Shown one piece after another: positions 50,503 to 62,999 of a DNA stretch of 64,000 nt; position 1 is the stretch's first letter; every line of letters begins with the position of its first letter. The DNA is from Octopus sinensis (taxonomy: Eukaryota). The notes under the pieces are model-generated. The model worked only from the letters and a program-made list of their open reading frames with translations. It did not search any database and had not been told where the DNA came from. The DNA is taken from assembly GCF_006345805.1 (NCBI RefSeq), contig NC_043012.1:16802001-16866000 (forward strand). Reading direction: 5' to 3'. The translations under genes were made by a program, and so were the position numbers.

Positions 50503-50770
50503 TCCAGTTTTGAATCTTGCTACAGTACAAAATGTCAAGGGAGAGGTATTCTGAGGAGGAAGTATGTAGAATGGCAATTGATACCGAGTCTGGCTTGAGT
50601 GAAGAGTACCAAATGATTAACAGTAGGAGGGATAAGTGTGTCAAGAATGCCTGAGTAGTGGCAGTATGAGATTAACCAGCTTCAAGGAACAGAAGGTTCT
50701 ACTGTTGTAGATATCCCCCCCAAAAAAAAAGCCAGGAATGGGATGAGAAAACATTAAAAAAATGTGAGGA

Positions 50771-51105
50771 TCATCATCATCATCATCATCGTTTAGCGTC
50801 CGCTTTCCATGCTGGTATGGGTTGGACGGTTCAACTGGGGTCTGTGAAGCCAGAAGGCTGCATCAGGCCCAGTCTGATCTGGCAGTGTTTCTGCGGCTGG
50901 ATGCCCTTCCTAATGCCAACCACTCCATGAGTGTAGTGGGTGCTTTTTACGTGCCACCCACACAGGTGCCAGATGGAGCTGGCAAATGGCCACGAACGGA
51001 TGGTGCTTTTACGTGCCACTGGCACGGGGCCAGGCGAGGCTGGCAACGGACACGAACGGATGGTGCTTTTACGTGCCACCGGCACGGGGGCCAGTCGGGG
51101 CATGT
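50771..51105 (-). mobile_element. SINE family C
   Basis: Family motifs as above. Confidence 0.85.
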
Positions 51106-51369
51106 TAATGTTGTTCTCGTTGAGAACAAAAGAGATGATGGTCATAGCTGGAATAGTGTACTGTCAGTTTTGGCTTGTTCAAACTGACCTTGGGCTGAAC
51201 AGCAACGGTGTCAGTTTGCTTGTTTTTGCTCTAAACCAGGCAAGGGCAGCCCTTTTTGAGAAGCAGCCTGCATGAGATGTAACTCATCGTCAGGTGGGCC
51301 ACTCTACTAAAAAAAATTTCTGCTATTTAGAAAGTTCTCTGGGTCTCAGTTTGCTGTTGACTGCCTTAA

Positions 51370-51590
51370 CCCTTTAGCATTCAAACCGGCCATATCCGGC
51401 CAAAATATTTAACCTGTTTTATATTGAAACTGACCAGATCTTGCCTCTCACCTCAGCCCTACCATGTCCATTCTAAAACTAAAAAATCACATCACTGAAA
51501 TCTCTAAACTACAAGATAATGCAGGATTAACTCAAACCATTTTAAATAAACAAACATCACATTTGACAGAATAATCTGAACACTAAAGGG
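51370..51590. mobile_element. piggyBac-like MITE, family 2
   Basis: TTAA|CCCTTTAG ... CTAAAGGG|TTAA. Confidence 0.8.
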
Positions 51591-52644
51591 TTAAACTGTC
51601 TTACTCTTAACCCTGACTAGTTTCAGGTTGAAAGCTGCGGTCATACTGGAGCACCACTGTTTAAAAAGCAAGAACAAATCCTGAAAGGCATGTTAAACTG
51701 ATGCTTTAATGGTTCTGCCATTTACTTTCTGTGTCTGGTATCCTTCAAATGACATCACAAGTCCTTCAGTGTTCATATAAGCTTTATGTTTGCTGTGATA
51801 AGAGAGTTTCTGCATTGCTACTTGACCTGCAGGAAATAGCTATTAAGTCTCCTTCAAATTCATATTTCAACAACTTAAAAAATGATAACATTAGAAAATG
51901 TATTCCAGAAGACAGGATGGTCATGGCTAGAACCCCTTCAATCATAACGCAGCTTGGTCAACATTGAACTATCGATTAAACAACAACATCTACTGGTCTG
52001 ATACAGCTAGCTTCTCTTTGCTCTTTCTTTCGTAGGACTCCTTTCTGCTCTAAAGTATTTTCCTAGTGAGAACCTCGATTGTGTGTATTTAATTGTGCCA
52101 CTGGTTTTAGGTTTTCTGTGACAGGACCAAAGAATCCCTTCTAAATTGGGTCAGCTCTTATTCTGAGTTACTACTCCATTGATAACACACACTTGCATGC
52201 ACACTCACACACACACTTGCATGCACACGCGCACACACATTGTAGTTGCCAGCTCACAGACAAGTGTGGCCTTTCCTGACAAAGTTTCTTGTCCTAAATG
52301 CTAAACACAATGGTTATCTGCAATGCAGTACTGAAAGTGAAAGTAAATGACACCTTAACACATAAACAACTCACTTAAGTTTGGATCACAAGAAAATCTT
52401 TTACAAATTGTTGAAGGAGCCTCAAATGGCACAAATAAATTTAATAGAGTTGGACTTTAATCGATATAAAGGTGACCACTACACAGCTCCAAGTTAAGAG
52501 CCAGTAGGCTTAATATAAGCCCCACAGAGTGAATAATAAAAGTAATAATTTAAATAAGGAAAGGAGAAGTCAAATTGACATTACAATTTGTTTCCCTAAA
52601 CACTATATTTTTATTCCATATCTCATACATGTTAAACATTTCAT

Positions 52645-52802
52645 AGGAGTGGCTGTGTGGTAAGTAGCTTGCTTACCAACCACATGGTTCTGGGTTCGAT
52701 CCCACTGCGTGGCACCTTGGGCAAGTGTCTTCTACTATAGCCTCGGGCCAACCAAAGCCTTGTGAGTGGATTTGATAGACGGAAACTGAAAGAAGCCCAT
52801 CG

Positions 52803-52834
<32 letters not shown>

Positions 52835-53056
52835 TGTGTGTGTTTGTGTGAGTGTGTTTGTCCCCCTAGCATTGCTTGACAACCGATGCTGGTGTGTTTA
52901 TGTCCCCGTTACTTAGCGGTTTGGCAAAAAGAGACCGATAGAATAAGTACTGGGTTTACAAAAGAATAAGTCCCGGGGTCGAGTTGCTCGATTAAAGGTG
53001 GTGCTCCAGCATGGCCGCAGTCAAATGACTGAAACAAGTAAAAGAGAGTAAAAGAG
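52645..53056 (+). mobile_element. SINE family A
   Basis: Near full length. Confidence 0.87.
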
Positions 53057-53316
53057 AATATATACTGTAATATATAGAAGTATGTAATAATAATCCTATA
53101 GTCCATTTGCTTCCTCAGATGTCATCATTTGAAGGTACAATTGACCAAACGAATATTTTGGGATGAGTTCATTTGGGCATGTTTACTATATGTAAATAGA
53201 ATAAACCCTGAAAGCTTTCAGTTGATATCTCCTGTAAGCTTTGAGGCAATTAATCTTAATAAAAAAGTATGAGATTACCATGAATTTGGAACAATAATAT
53301 TACGTGTACTCTCTCT

Positions 53317-53709
53317 CTCTTTTACTCTTTTACTTGTTTCAGTCATTTGACTGCGTCCATGCTGGAGCACCGCCTTTAGTCGAGCAAATCAACCCCGGGA
53401 CTTATTCTTTGTAAGCCTAGTACTTATTCTATCGGTCTCTTTTGCCGAACCGCTAAGTGACGGGGACGTAAACACACCAGCATCGGTTGTCAAGCAATGC
53501 TAGGGGGACAAACACAAACACACAAACACACACACACACACATATACGACAGGCTTCTTTCAGTTTCCGTCTACCAAATCCACTCACAAGGCATTGGTCG
53601 GCCCAGGGCTATAGCAGAAGGCACTTGCCCAAGATGCCATGCAGTGGGACTGAACCCAGAATCATGTGGTTGGTTAGCAAGCTACTTACCACACAGCCAC
53701 TCCTGCGCC
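53317..53709 (-). mobile_element. SINE family A, inverted relative to the 52645 copy
   Basis: Full length. Confidence 0.88.
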
Positions 53710-54110
53710 TGTACCATAATATTCCCTAACTTTAAACTGCCTTTTCCTCTAATCATGTAATTTCCTCTCAAACCTACTATTCCTTACCTCATGTATAGTT
53801 TAGTATATTGTTAGTTTAGTCTGAAAAATAACAAGATTAAACTATTTACTGGCATTGGTGTTAGGAAGGGCATCCAGAAACTCTGTAGAAACTCTGCCAG
53901 ATCAGATTGGAGCCTGGTGCAGCCATCTGGCTCGCCAGTCCTCACTCAAACGATGATGATGATGATGATGTTCTATAAACTTGCATAACACTGATAAGAT
54001 TCTCACCTCCAAAGCCAAGAAGTCCAGGAACAAATAAGAACAAGATCTTTGGTTTTGCAACGAGGTGCGGGTTATTTTGGCATTTCCTTCTCTGAGAGAT
54101 AAGTCTAAAC

Positions 54111-54400
54111 CAGGGGTCGCCAAACTTTTTTGACCATCGACCCCTTTTAGCCACTTCTCCTTCTGCATTGCTCCCCCCACCCTTTAGCCACTTCTCCTTC
54201 CACATTGACCACCCTCTTCATTTAAAATATCTTAATACCCTACCCTACCCTACCTATATCTTAAATGCGTACCGGGTATTGATGCTGGCAATTAAAATGT
54301 TAGGTAAAATATATACGTATGACAAATTAAGAAATTCTATTGAAGATGACACACTTTTTATATTTAAAACTATGAGTACGAGTATACAGTATTAGACTTT
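54111..54400 (+). mobile_element. hAT-like DNA transposon 5' fragment
   Basis: GTCTAAAC|CAGGGGTCGCCAAACTTTT terminus; no matching right end found. Confidence 0.45.
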
Positions 54401-55380
54401 TAATTTTTATGAAATTATTTTACACACATATATATATACATACACACACACACATATATACTCATACATACACATATACACACATGCATACACACATACA
54501 TAGATGCATATACATATGCACATACATTATATATACACATACATATACACTTACACATACATACATGCACATACACGCATACATATGCACATACATTATA
54601 CATACACATACATATACATTTACAAATACATACATACACAATACACACATACATACACACGTACACATACCATACACACACACATACACGCACACATACA
54701 TATACATACACATTGCGTAGCCGTTTAGTCTATTCAAATTAGTAACCAAATCTCCTTAAATTATTACTAATTATTACTAATTATTTGATTGTTTGTTGCT
54801 ATATGGAGGCCTCATTATTGGCTTGTGTCTTTACTGTTGGGTGTGGTTTTATTGCTATCCCTATTTAACCCCAGGCCAGCCCTGATTGGCAGAACTATGG
54901 TAAAAACACTCAAGTTATGAACATCCTGTCTTCCTAAAGATGTCCTTTCTCTTTTGATATGATAAAGCTTCATTTGAAGGAGATTTGGTTGCTATTTCTT
55001 GCCAGTTGAGCAATCATATAAAGGCTCCCTTGGCGGTTGTTGTTGATGTTGAATTTGTTGATTGTAACTATTGTTGAATGTGGCATAGTGGTTAAGGGTG
55101 TTGGATTCTTGATTGTAAGATTGTGGTTTCGGTTCCTGGACTGGGTGTCACATTATGTTCTTGAGCAAAACCTTTCATTTCATGTTGCTCCAGTCCACTC
55201 AGCTGGCAAAAAGGGAGTAATCCTCCGATGGACTATCTTCCCGTCCAGGTGGGGACTATCTCCGCCATTGAAATTGGGAAACTGGCCCTTATGAGCCTGG
55301 CACAGTTCAAGAAGAAAACATTACCTTTACCGTTATCTGTTGTTAATGCTGATGTTGTAGCTGTTGTCAGTGTGTTTGTT

Positions 55381-55955
55381 CAGTTCTATATTTAAGAGAT
55401 GAGGAATTATGTACATTATTTACATTTGACAGATATTTGTCCATAAGCATATGGCATAGTGGTGAAGAGCATGGGCTACTAACCCCAAGATTCCAAGTTC
55501 GATTTCAGGTAGTGACCTGAATAATGATAATAATTATAATAATAGTAATAATAATGATAACAACATCGAAAAATACCTTAGGAATGAGAACCCATGTTCG
55601 AAATTTCCCCAAGACAGCTGATGAAGGCTGGAGGGTATATCAGCCGAAAAAGGCGGCGAGCTGGCAGAACCGTTAGCACGCCGGGCGAAATGCGTAGCCG
55701 TATTTTGTCTGCTGTTACGTTCTGAGTTCAAATTCCGCCGAGGTCGACTTTGCCTTTCATCCTTTCGGGGTCGATAAATTAAGTACCAGTTATGCACTGG
55801 GGTCGATGTAATCGACTTAATACCTATGTCTGTCCTTGTTTGTCCCCTCTTTGTTTAGCCCCTTGTGGGTAATAAAGAAATAGGTATATCAGCCGAAACA
55901 TTGTGTTAACAACAAACACGATGAGGACAGATGTCCGTCAAATGTAAATAATGTA
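55381..55955 (+). mobile_element. Full-length family H element (inverted tail copy, tRNA head, TAA spacer, HHR) interrupted by SINE B
   Basis: Inverted tail 55381-55441; head 55447-55520; HHR 55613-55649 resuming at 55883-55906. Confidence 0.82.
55650..55882 (+). mobile_element. SINE family B (B1 tail) with TSD
   Basis: 16-bp TSD GGTATATCAGCCGAAA at 55634-55649 and 55883-55898. Confidence 0.92.
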
Positions 55956-56058
55956 ATGTGTTTGTTGTTGTTGATGTTTTCGCATTATAGACAGACAGAC
56001 AGACATTGTAATATCGATATTCTTTCTCTTATGTTTCAGTGGTAGCCACGCTGAAAAG

Positions 56059-56290
56059 ATGTCCAGCGAAGTGAATAACTCCGATACCCCCTGCGCCGGC
56101 CTGGATGAATGGCCTGGCCAGATGATACATCAGGCAGCCATCTACAACAACAGTGAGTTGATGCAGTGTCTACTGGAAGGAGACGAGTTGGCAAATGTTA
56201 ACCAATTAGATAGCAGTGGTCGGACAGCTGTCTATACTGCAGTGACAAATAATAGTGTTGATTGTCTCAAATGGCTCATACATTATGGAG
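56059..56290 (+). CDS. Coding exon of an ankyrin-repeat protein, probably the N-terminus of an LRRK-like kinase
   Basis: Acceptor TTTCAG at 56039, donor GTAAAT at 56291 (phase 1); DEWPGQMIHQAAIYNNSELMQCLLEG...DSSGRTAVYTAV is ankyrin-like and resembles, from memory, the insect Lrrk N-terminus. The frame is also open upstream of the ATG to the acceptor. Confidence 0.85.
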
Positions 56291-56532
56291 GTAAATAATG
56301 TCCAGCAAATTTGCTGCTTAGCTTTCCATTTTTTTATGGTTTTCATCTTTTTTTTTTCTTTTTATTACTTTTGTGTTTTGGTTTGCATGTTTTTCTTTTC
56401 TCAGTTTTGCTGCTACAGTCTGTGACCTGACAACTTGACTCATTAGATAATTAATTCTCTCATTATTGAAATTTAGTTTGTGCCTCTCTTTTATGCTCTC
56501 CCCATTGAATAGATATAGAACATAGTAAGTAT

Positions 56533-56564
<32 letters not shown>

Positions 56565-56575
56565 CTATATACAAC

Positions 56576-56611
<36 letters not shown>

Positions 56612-56685
56612 AATATTAGGGAATGAATCCAAAATTACAGGGAAAAATCAGATTTAGGGTTAAATCCAATTTTATAGTAAAATAT

Positions 56686-56886
56686 TATATAATATAATTC
56701 GAGACAAAACCACTATTTTAAAACCAAACTGATTAGAAGATCGAAAATCCACCTGAAGATTGTCGGAGCAGACATGAAACATTTGTAGTGGCGGTTTATT
56801 TAATTTATATTAAAATTTTATGTATTGATTAAGTCTTTCCTTGTTTGGTTTTAAAATAGTGGTTTTGTCTCGAATTATATTATATA
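56686..56886. mobile_element. Penelope-like remnant: 44-bp inverted repeats around an HHR-like motif (56749-56791)
   Basis: TATATAATATAATTCGAGACAAAACCACTATTTTAAAACCAAAC and its reverse complement at 56843-56886; CCAC CTGAAGA T TGTC-GGAGCA-GACA T GAA ACATTTGT A GTGG. Confidence 0.65.
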
Positions 56887-58074
56887 TATATATATATATA
56901 TATTGTACATATCATCATCAGTTAACGTCTGCCTTTCATGCTGGCATATATATATATATGTATGTATATATGTGTGTGTGTGTGTGTGTATGTATGTATA
57001 TATATATATGTTTGTGTATATATATATGTATATACATGTATATATAAATGTATATATTTATATATGTGTATATATGTATATATATATGTATATACATGTA
57101 TATATAAATGTATATACATGTATATATATAAATGTATATACATGTATATATATATCTGTATATACATGTATATATATATATATGTATGTATATACATGTA
57201 TAACGAAGTCACGTCTTGTCCTTACCACCGAAACGTGGAGTAGACGAAACATGGACAACTGAAGAAGGAGAGTATTCCTTGTGTTGTATGTCTTGTACTC
57301 TGTTTTTTCGTTGTTTGAAAAATAGTTCGTTTCCATGTTTTTGTTTTTATGTTTTCGTTTCTCATTGTGTTCTATGCTTTTTTGATGTCCTGTACCAATA
57401 TATGCATGTATATATACATATAGATGTAGGTATGTACATATATGTATGTATATATGCATATATTTATATATTATTTATATTAATATATATATATATATAT
57501 ATATATAATAAAATACACAGATAAACAAATGGAAGTAAATAACTATATACATTAACAAAAAAAAATTAATTTAACTAAATACAATAAAAAATAATAATAA
57601 GTAGGTGTAAACACATGAACAAAATAAAAAAAAACAAATTACACGAACATGTATAAACAGGAGATACAAATATTACAGGCACTTCCCCCCCTACACTAAA
57701 TAAACATAGACACACATGGGTGTATATGCATGCACAAATAAAGATACATACAATAGGAATACAAAATACAAAATCGCTGACCATTAGTAAGGAGAGACAC
57801 ACAAATAAGAAAGAAGAAAGCAAAGGACCACTGATGAGGTCACAGAAGTGTGTCAAAAGAACTCTGGCCGAAATAAGATTAAGATTAATGTAAAAAATAA
57901 ATAAAGCTGAAGCAAATTAACACCAAGTATATAGTGCATGTGTTTTTATTGGCTAAACTGGCAACATGACCATTCCTAAATACAGCAACATCTGTTTCAA
58001 CACACAATTTCACATCAAGAATCTTGCAAAACAAATATATAAACGTAATAATGTATATATATATATATATATAA

Positions 58075-58405
58075 ATGGAAATTGTAGTTGTGATCCCCAT
58101 GCCAGTGGCATGTAAAAAGCACCATCCAAACGTGGCCAATGCCAGTTCTGCTTTGACTGGTTTCTGTGCTGGTGGCATGTAAAAACCACCAACTGATCAT
58201 GGTCATTGCTAGCCTCCTCTGGCCCCTGTGCCGATGGCACGTAAAAAGCACCCACTACATTCTCGGAGTCATTGGCATTAGGAAGGGCATCCAGCTGTAG
58301 AAACATAGCCAGATCAGACTGGAGCTTGGTGCAAACTCCTGATTTCCCAGACGCCACTTGAACTGTTCAACCCATGCCAGCATGGAAAACGGATGTTAAA
58401 TGATA
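58075..58405 (+). mobile_element. SINE family C, diverged
   Basis: Family motifs as above. Confidence 0.78.
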
Positions 58406-58809
58406 ATATATATATATATATGTCTGTATATAAATTGTGGGTAATCCGATGCCAAGTGATGTAAGATAATAGATGTATACAATTAGATCTCAAGTAGAAT
58501 TCGTGTTTAAATTCTGACTTTAAATGCAACTTGAAGTGTGAGTATGTCATGGTTGCCTAAGTGAGAATTGGCTGTAAGCTGTGTATTGATCAAGTAGGTG
58601 CATGGTGGACTTTCACAGATTTCTATCCACCAAATCCCTCATAAGGCATCAGTCATCCTAGGGCTATAGTAGAAGATATTTGCCCCAGAGGATGTGAATT
58701 GGGACTGAACCTGAAACCGCATGTGTGCTAGAATAAGTACTAGGCTTACAAAGAATAAGTCCTGGGGTTGATTTACTCAACTAAAACTGGTGACTGAAAC
58801 AAATAAAAG

Positions 58810-58862
<53 letters not shown>

Positions 58863-59703
58863 TATATTAAATTAGAGATAAAACCACTATTAGGCAAATC
58901 ATACAATGAAAAACTTAAGCCAATACATAAGATTAATTAATTTATATTATTTTAAATATATATCAAAATTATTAAAAAAAGATATATATATATATATATA
59001 TATATCTGTTTGTTCGTCTCTCCACCATTGCTTGACAACCGATGTTGGTGTGTTTATATCCCCGTAACTTAGCGGTTTGGCAAAAGAGACCGATGGAATA
59101 AGTACTAGGCTTGCAAAGGATAAGTCCAGGGATCGATTTCTTTGATTAAAAGGTGGTGCTCCAGCATGGCCACAGTCAAAATGACTGAAACAAGTAAAAG
59201 GATAAAAGAATTCCACAAATTTTTTTTTGTTTTGTTTAGTATTGTTAAAAAAAAAATAAAAAATGGCTCTCGTCCACGTCTTCTTTTTTTTTTTGAGTTT
59301 TGAGTTGGTAGACCATTGAAAAATTAGAGACAACATTGATGGTGTGAAGTTTAAGAAGTTGTTTTATTGATTGGTTTTTGCGTTTCAGAAAGACAATGAA
59401 GTTTATATATAGATAGCAGATTCTGATAGACAGTCTAAAGTGTAATGGCGGAAGAGAGACACGGAGTGGATATTCTAATATCTCTTTGCGTGCTCACAGA
59501 CCATCGAAAGTCAAAGCAAACATTGATGGTGTGATGGAAAGAATCTTCGTTTACTGACTGATTTTTAAGTCTTGCAGAGAGAAGTCTGCACATTTATTTC
59601 TGTGTGCATATGTGTATATATGTGTGTGTGATAAATATATATATATGAATACACACACATGCATATATAAGTATTTATATATTTATTTAAGCACACATGT
59701 GCA

Positions 59704-59752
<49 letters not shown>

Positions 59753-59792
59753 ATATACACACTCACACGCAAATATTTACATATGTATGTGC

Positions 59793-59823
<31 letters not shown>

Positions 59824-60016
59824 GTGTAGATATAAACGTACATATGTTTGTACATATTTGCATGTGTATACATACATACACACACATATATATATGTATG
59901 TATACAAATGTACATATGTATGTACGTATTTGCATGTGTGTGTGTGTGTAATATATATATATATATAAGCCTGCATATTTTTACACACATGTATATACAT
60001 ATACACATTACATATA

Positions 60017-60088
<72 letters not shown>

Positions 60089-60767
60089 TTTCATGAGTGC
60101 ATGCGTGCGTGTGTATTCAGTATATATTCAGCAGATTTTGGCAGGGCCCATTAAATCAAAATAATGGTGGTAGAGTGGAGAAGCAGCGAGGAGGAAGATT
60201 AGATGTCATAAACATTTTTTTTCTTCCTACTCATAAACCATTGAAAATTAGAGACAACATCGATGATGCGATGAAGATAAACTTGTTATTGGTTGATTTT
60301 GTGTTTGGTCGGAAAGAAGAACATTAATTTATATCTACATATAGAACAGCCTAGGAAACAGAGCCCATCTGTCATGTAGATGGTAGAAGTGGAGTGGATA
60401 TTTATGTAAAGTGAGATGGACTGACCTGCTAAGAGTTAAATGTCTTGGCTATGGTTGTGTTCAACACTTAATGATGGAGATGCAAGCAGCTGACTCTGAG
60501 TTAACTTCGTGTTGTGTATATTCATCACCATTAACATTGTTTTAACATCCATTTTTTCATGCTGGTATGGGTCAGATGGAATTTATTGAGGTGGATTTTC
60601 TATGGCTGGATGCCCCTTTTTGTCACTAACCCATATCTATTTCCAGGGCCATTGCTAAGCCTCTGCAACCCCTGTGGTTACAAGGGGGCCCCCACGGTTG
60701 AAGGGTCCCATGTTAAGATCAGAGTATGTAGATGAGTTATCTTTTTACTTTGGTTAAATGTTAAACA

Positions 60768-60885
60768 AGGTTCCGGGTTCAGTCCCACTGCGTGGCATCT
60801 TGGGCAAGTGTCTTCTACTATAGCCCCGGGCTGACCAATGCCTTGTGAGTGGATTTGGTAGACGGAAACTGAAAGAAGCCTGTCG

Positions 60886-60917
<32 letters not shown>

Positions 60918-61140
60918 GTGTGTGTGTGTTTGTGTGTCTGTGTTTGTCCCCCTAGCATTGCTTGACAACCGATGCTAGTGTGTTTACGTCCCCGTCACTT
61001 AGCGGTTCGGCAAAAGAGACTGATAGAATAAGTACTGGGCTTACAAAGAATAAGTCCCGGGGTCGATTTGCTCGACTAAAGGCGGTGCTCCAGCATGGCC
61101 GCAGTCAAAATTACTGAAACAAGTAAAAGAGTAAAGAGTA
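60768..61140 (+). mobile_element. SINE family A, 5' truncated
   Basis: Begins at the B-box region GGTTCCGGGTTCAGTCCC. Confidence 0.85.
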
Positions 61141-61982
61141 AGAATTAAACTATGTTAACTGAAAATTTCAAGAAATAAAATGGTAATACATTGTACCTGC
61201 AAAAATTCTTGTAAAAAAATTCTTGTACCAGACTTTGTGGATTATATATAATATCAATTGAACATGAGCTTAACTCTCAGCTTGATTATTCTGATTAATG
61301 ATTTTGCAATGAGAAAAGTGTGCCATATTTGTCTTTGAAAGTTGTCTGAATTATAAAAGTGTTCTTTTATTCATATCTGGAAGTTTTACTTGAAATTTGT
61401 AGTACATACTTCCAAAAGTACATACTTCCAAATGTATGTCTAGTCTCTTATACAACCCTCCACCACAACTTTGTATTAATTACAATCTGTGTACATGAAT
61501 TAATTACTAGAATTTTTAATGTAAAGTGATATTAGAAATTATAAAAAAAACGGTATTAGCCTGAAGAGAGAAACAGACCAAAGTGATGGAGGAGGCAAGC
61601 TGTGTGTGTGTGTTCATGATTTTAGTGTTAACAAATTGGTGCCCCAAGCTCCAATGCTTGCTTTGGCATAGTTTCTGTGGCTGGAAGCCCTTCCTAATGC
61701 CAACCACTTTACAAAGAGTACTAAGTGCTTTTTATATGACACCAGCCTTAGTGAGGTCACCAAGTGACTGACAAGGTGAGTTTTGGGAGGGTGTGTGTGT
61801 GTATAAGGCGAGTTCATCATCATCATCATCATCATCATCATTTAGCGTTCGTTTTCCATGCTAGCATGGGTTGGACGGTTTAACTGGGGTCTGTGAAGCC
61901 GGAAGGCTTCATCAGGCCCAGTCAGATTTGGCAGTGTTTCTACGGCTGGATGCCCTTCCTAACGCCAACCACTCCGTGAGTG

Positions 61983-62019
<37 letters not shown>

Positions 62020-62174
62020 ATGTATGTGTTTGTGTGTGTGGATTCATTAAGGACTGATTAGTGCAGGGGAATAGTCATGAGTGATTTGTTTTTGGTGCCT
62101 CATTTTTGTTTAGACAAACGGGTCTTTTTGAGCACAGCAAACTGATAACCAACTCAGTTCTTTGTTATCTTCTC

Positions 62175-62345
62175 CATGAAGTTTATTATCTGGAGGTTAT
62201 TCTTTACCACTTCATTGCACATCTTGGGTCTTCTTTCACAGGTTCCATCCACATTTATCAGTTGGCTCTTCATTAATCAGCTGCCCTCATTCATACGCAT
62301 AGCATCTTCTCCCTTGCATGCTACTTCTGATACCTCTTATGCCCA
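62175..62345 (-). mobile_element. Decayed RTE LINE fragment
   Basis: Minus frame LGIRGIRSSMQGRR resembles the RTE post-RT region. Confidence 0.45.
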
Positions 62346-62999
62346 ACTATTCTCTCGACATGTTTACGAGGCCAATGCAAGGGAAAAAAAAACAATTAAA
62401 GAAGTTTATATGAGTTACTCCCCCCCCCCCCTTATCTGTTATTTAATAACCAAAGCAACGTTTTGAAGTCCTGTAGAATCTTGTGTAATCACATGTAGTC
62501 TCACCTAGCATGGAGGCTAAGTGGAATGCTTGAAACATTTTGAAAGTTTCTACATGAAACCGTTGGTTGTATTGTTAATCATCAAGAAAAGAATAAAGCA
62601 ACCAAATATGGTATTGAGTACTCTTTCTCACTGCCTATCACCACCACCACCACCATCATCATTGCTTAACGTCTGTTTTCCATGCTGGTATGGGTTGGAC
62701 AATTCAGTAGGAGATGGCAAACTGGGGAGCTGTCCAGACTCCAGTTGTCTGTTGTAGTATGATTTTCGCAACTGGATGACCTTCCTAACACCAACCACTT
62801 CACAGAGGGTGCTGAGTACTTTGTACGTGCCACCTGTAAAGACCAAGCCTTTATGTATGGATGACAGCAATTTTATACATAATGTACATACATATGCATA
62901 CATACATGAATGTATATGTGTATGAGAGAGAAAGAAAGAAAGAGAAAAAATGATTTATATTTTATATAATTAATTACAAAATATTTTAATTATTTTCAG

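Noticed and set aside
51270-51300. Minus-strand CTGACGA plus TGAG/CTCA hairpin
   Set aside because: Lacks GAAA
57200-57285. Scattered HHR-like pieces (AACGAAGTC, GAAACGT, GACGAAACATG, CTGAAGA)
   Set aside because: Cannot be assembled into a type I, II or III topology; may be a scrambled Penelope relic
421-60096. Numerous Y/I/H/T/V/C/M-rich ORFs in the track, such as 42640-43530 and 15101-15805
   Set aside because: Translations of TA, CA, CATA and CAT microsatellites
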